A stretch of 64,000 bases of DNA from Malacoraja senta (taxonomy: Eukaryota), in contig CM075989.1 of NCBI GenBank assembly GCA_038087875.1, positions 21,268,001-21,332,000 of the forward strand, in the 5' to 3' direction. Of this stretch, positions 59,636 through 64,000 are shown one piece after another. Numbering within the stretch: the first letter of the stretch is position 1; every line of letters begins with the position of its first letter. The position numbers and the translations under genes are program-made. Below the pieces are notes generated by a model. It was not told the DNA's origin. It did no database searches and saw nothing but the letters and a program-made list of their open reading frames with translations.

Positions 59636-59963
59636 GGCAATAGGTGCAAGAGTAGGCCATTCGGCCCTTTGAGCCAGCACCACCATTCACTGTGATCATG
59701 GCTGATCATCCACATTCAGTACCCCGTTCCTGCCTTCTCACCATATCCTCTGACTCCGCTATCTTTAAGAGCCCTATCTAACTCTCTCTTGAAAGCATCC
59801 AGAGAATCGGCCTCCACTGCCTTCTGCGGCAGAGAATTCCACAGATTCGCAACTCTCTGGGTGAAAAAGTTTTTCCTCATCTCCGTTCCAAATGGCCAAC
59901 ACCTTATTCTTAAGCAGTGGCCCCTGGTTCTGGACTCCCCAACATCTGGAACATGTTTCCTGC
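59636..59963 (-). mobile_element. CR1-clade 3' fragment
   Basis: Same family as 751-1173. Confidence 0.88.
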
Positions 59964-60511
59964 CATCGATTCAGAATCAATAACTTTTAATGAAACATCA
60001 ATAAGCAAAAATGACGCCTGTTCTTTCTCTCATCGTTAACCTTTGCAAGTTACTAATATCCATACTGAACACAGATGGATTGTCCATTAGATTTTTCTTG
60101 TGACATTTCACCACCTTTTTAATGTTTTAAAATGAGTGGAAGTGAGAATGCTGAGTCTCAGATTCTCGATGAATTATAATAAATCAAAGATAAAAATGAT
60201 TTTAATTGTACCCCACAGAAGACAGAAGAGAGGAATGGCATTGTACTTGTTTTATAAGTGGTCACTGATTGATAATTATTAACTTAGGAGTCTTCTTTGG
60301 AGATAATTACGCACTTTTGAGGCTGAAATATGTTGTCCTGAATTTGGGGGTTAGTTGCACAGGGACAGTAATGCCCATTCACCTTGCTCACATCTTCCCA
60401 CAATGTCTTCAGTGTTTTTTGTACCAGAGATTTTGCTCTAATCGGACATCTGAACCAATGTGCACTCCCAGTGGCTGCCAATGAGAAGGTCAAAGGAACA
60501 GCCAGTCCATC

Positions 60512-60704
60512 AGACAGACACAAAATGCTGGCGTAACTCAGCCGGGACAGGCAGCAACTCTGGGCAGAAGGAATGGCAAAGGGTCTCGACTCAAAAAATG
60601 TCACCCACTCCTTCTCTTCGGAGATGCTGCCTGTCCCGCTGAGTTGCTCCACATTTTGCGTCTATCTTCCGATTAAACCAGCATCTGCAGTTCCTTCCCA
60701 CACA
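60512..60704. mobile_element. PLE fold-back
   Basis: Opposed units centred near 60585. Confidence 0.8.
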
Positions 60705-60732
60705 CTCAATTCATCAATCTGAAGCATCAATT

Positions 60733-61380
60733 GGGCAGCACAATGGTGCAGCAGTTGCTGCCTCACAGCATCAGAGATCCGGGTTCGATCTTGACTATGG
60801 GTACTGGCAGTGTGTGGAGTTCGTACCTTCTCCCTGTGACTGACAATAGACAATAGACAATAGACAATAGGCAATAGACAATAGACAATAGGTGCAGGAG
60901 TAGGCGATTTGGGCCTCCGAGCCAGCACCGCCATTCAATGTGATCATGGCTGATCATCCCCAATCAGTACCCCGTTCCTGCCTTCTCCCCATATCCCCTG
61001 ACTCCGCTATTTTTAAGAGCCCTATCTAGCTCCCTCTTGAAAGCATTCAAAGAACCTGCCTCCACCGCCCTCTGAGGGTGACTGTGTGGGTTTTCTCCGG
61101 GAGCTCCGGTTTCCTCCCACACTCCGAAGACATGCAGGTTTGTAGGCTAATTGGCTTGTTAAAATTGTAGATTGTCCCTCGTGTGTGTAGGATAGCGTTA
61201 ATGTGCGGGACTCGCTGGTCGGCATGGACTCGGTGGGCCGAAGGGCCTGTTTCCGTGCTGTATCTCTAAAACTAAACTAAGCTAAACTAAACTAGTGTAC
61301 AGGTGATCAGTGGTCGACGTGGACTCGGTGGGACAAAGGGCCTATTTCCACGCTGTTTCTCTAAAACTAAACTAAACTAG
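60733..61380 (+). mobile_element. V-SINE with an antisense CR1 insertion (60843-61077) and a duplicated tail
   Basis: GTGACTG duplication (60836-60842, 61078-61084); second tail at 61290-61380. Confidence 0.85.
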
Positions 61381-61875
61381 GAATTTAATCATTCCATTGT
61401 CGGTACGCATGGCAATGAAAAACTCTTGTATCTCGAAGAGAGCCAATTAAAACAAGCTGAAAGAACATAGGTTCATAAATATTGGACAAATTCATTGCTC
61501 ACTGCTATATAATATTTTCCAAAGAAACACGGGATTGTCCGTCGTGAATCTAACAAATTATGAAAAAACAATTGGAAATCTTCTGAAGCAGTTTAAGCAG
61601 AATTGTTTAGTGACATTTTTCTGGAAGACTTACTGCCGTATGTCAGTATGTTGTGGCATACCACAGGCCCAGATCTATCTTGACAGAAGAGGAATGTGTG
61701 ACTGAATGATTTGTTGTTGGTTGTGTGACTGCTTTGGTTGCTCTAATCATGCTGTCAGTGTTAGAGCAGTCAATGACAAATGGCAACGTTGGAAAAATCA
61801 GACCAAATATAAGTGAAAACTCAAATTAGCTGGAGGGCATTTTGTTTTCTTTTACACGGAGTATGGGAAGTAACT

Positions 61876-62207
61876 AGCATGGTGGCACAGTTGATAGAGC
61901 TGCTGGCTCGCAGCGCCAGGGACCAGGGTTGGATCCAGATCTCGGGTGCTGTCTCTGTGGAGTTTGTACGTTCTTCCAGTGACCGCGTGGGTTTCCTCCG
62001 GGTGCTCCGATTTCCTCCCACATCCCACAGATGTGCAGATTTATAGGTTAATTGGGCCTCAATAAAATTACCCCTAATGTGTATTGAGTGCATGAGACAG
62101 TGGGATAATATAGAGTGAATGTGAACGGGTGGTTGATGGTCAGTATGGACTCGGTGGGCCAAAGGGCCTGTATCCATGCTGTATCTCTACATTAAAATAA
62201 ACTAAAG
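61876..62207 (+). mobile_element. V-SINE (older)
   Basis: V-domain and tail. Confidence 0.8.
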
Positions 62208-62498
62208 TAACAGCTTCATTTCTCAACCTTTTTAGCTGTACACATCAGTGTCCACTTTCCCTTTTAGATTTGTTTTTACAATCCTTTCTTCTAATACTTA
62301 AATGTATTGATAATTCATGGGGTTGCATATCAAAAGGCAACTTAATTGAAAAGTTCTGCAATCGATAATTTTGCTCATTTATATGCAAAATAGTATTATA
62401 TTTCTATGAGAATAATAATAGATAATTTTCTCAATAATGAGAAAAAAATTATAACCCTGAATGAGTTTTTTCCATGAAGATAAAACAGAATGCTACAA

Positions 62499-62646
62499 GG
62501 TAGACACAAAATGCTGGAGTAACTCAGCGGGACAGGCAGCATCTCTGGAGGAAAGGAATGGGTGACGTATTGGGTCACCAGCATTTTGTCCAGCATTTTG
62601 TGTCTATCTTTGGTTTAAAATAGCGTCTGTAGTTCCTTCCTACACT
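62499..62646. mobile_element. PLE fold-back with GAATGCTACAA duplication
   Basis: Direct repeat on both flanks. Confidence 0.78.
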
Positions 62647-63102
62647 GAATGCTACAAAGGTTCTCTGCTCTTTATGAATGAATGAATGAATAAGTTTATT
62701 GGCCAAGTATTCACATACAAGGAATTTTCCTTGGTGCTCTGCCCTCAAGTGACAACATGATAAACAGTGACAGTTAGGAATGACACAAAAAACATTAAAC
62801 ATTAATAATAATTATGAAGACACACTATAGTAGCAAACTGGTTTAAATCTCAAGCAGAATCATGGAAGGCTGTACTCTACCAGCATTGTATAATGAGCTA
62901 CCAATTAAACTTGCACCATCTAGTCACAGGAAACTCCTCAGCAAAGAGCAAGATTCATCTGCAGGAAGTGTTTCTGTCCATGGGGTTTGATGCACTAAGG
63001 GCGAGGAAGGACAAGTTCATCAAAGGTATCTCTTCCTTCCTGCTTGTGACTGATTACTCCTGATGTATTTTTGGATCGCGGATAGTTAGGTCGATAACAG
63101 CC

Positions 63103-63462
63103 ACACAAAAAAAATGCAGGAGTAACTCAGCAGGACAGGCAGCATCTCTGGAGAGAAGGAATAGGTGACGTTTCGGGTCGAGACCCTTCTTCGGACTGAG
63201 AGTCAGGGGGGAGGGAAACAAGAGATTTCGATGGCGATGTAGAGAGGTGTAGAACAAATGGAAGAAAGATGTGCAACAAAAATAAAACAATGATCAAGGA
63301 AACGGTCCATTGTTAACTAAAACGAGTTCCAGCCAATGAGACTCATCAACATGACATTGAAACTGGCATAATGATTAGGGAGGGGGAGGGACAGAGAGGG
63401 AGGGGATGCAAGGGCTATTTGAAGTTAGAGAAATCACAATTCATACCGCTGGGTTGTAAGCT
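63103..63462 (-). mobile_element. Penelope-like element 3' portion
   Basis: GIY-YIG end (..PSGMN.DFSNFK*) at ~63416-63460, then UTR and terminal unit. Confidence 0.82.
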
Positions 63463-63540
63463 CAATGTATAAGACACTTTGGTTTCAAGGTATAAGATCT
63501 TTACCCAGGGCCTGACTTCATCCAGAGATCACCCAGTGAA

Positions 63541-63636
63541 TATAGACACAAAATGCAGGAGTAACTCAGTGGGACAGGCAGCATCTCTGGAGAGAAGGAA
63601 TGGGTGACGTTTCGAGTCGAGACCCTTCTTCAGACT
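63541..63636 (-). mobile_element. PLE terminal unit; hammerhead motif at 63606-63633
   Basis: CTGAAGA-A-GGGTC-TC-GACTC-GAAA-CG-TC on the minus strand. Confidence 0.78.
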
Positions 63637-63711
63637 TCACCCAATGAGGCTCCAATATCATCGATATGAATAAATTTGGACAAAATCCCCTCAACCATTG
63701 GAGCTCACTGG

Positions 63712-64000
63712 ATTTGATTTGATTTGATTCAATTTTATTGTCATTGTCCATAGTGCAAGTACTGAGACAACAAAATGCTTTTTTCCCATACAGCCATACG
63801 AATAAAATAAATAAATAAAAGCACAGAACACGTTATCAAAGTTGAACAGCGGTATCAAAGTTTCCCACTGTGAGGGAAGGCACCAAAGTTCAGTCAACCT
63901 CCACGTTGATGTTCTTTGATGCTCTTTGATGTTCACCCGTGGTCGGGGCCTCCCGAGCCCCCCGCAGTCACTGCTATGGGCGGCCCGATGTTCAGGCCCT
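63712..64000 (-). mobile_element. Probable LINE 3' tail (Rex1/L2-like), running off the window
   Basis: (GATTT)n then TTTTATTGTCA, the reverse complement of a GACAATAAA + short-repeat tail. Confidence 0.5.

Overview
This is eukaryotic, repeat-rich, essentially non-coding DNA. The repeat set (HE1-type V-SINEs, HER1/CR1-type LINE 3' ends, Penelope-like fragments) points to a cartilaginous fish such as a skate, ray or shark; that is an inference. I could not confidently identify any host protein-coding exon, tRNA, rRNA or CRISPR array. The long ORFs I can recognise are LINE ORF2 or GIY-YIG remnants, or microsatellite artefacts. Contents: about 20 tRNA-derived V-SINE copies, more than 20 CR1-clade LINE fragments, Rex1/Babar, L1 and Vingi-like LINE fragments, dozens of short Penelope-derived pieces carrying a minimal hammerhead motif, two related solo LTRs, five Harbinger-like MITEs, one non-autonomous hAT element and one non-autonomous Helitron. 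Several TE-free AT-rich islands look like conserved non-coding elements. The most striking signal is two unrelated 145-190 bp TSD-flanked retroposons (1608-1752 minus, 5904-6096 plus) whose 5' ends fold as complete HDV-like self-cleaving ribozymes. One shares its 3' tail with a Vingi-like LINE fragment at 18763-18951, which suggests ribozyme-headed, promoter-independent SINE-like elements. Four locally templated sequence captures and repeated Penelope insertion at one SINE site were also seen. All family names come from reading the sequence, not from database searches, and boundaries of degenerate repeats are approximate.
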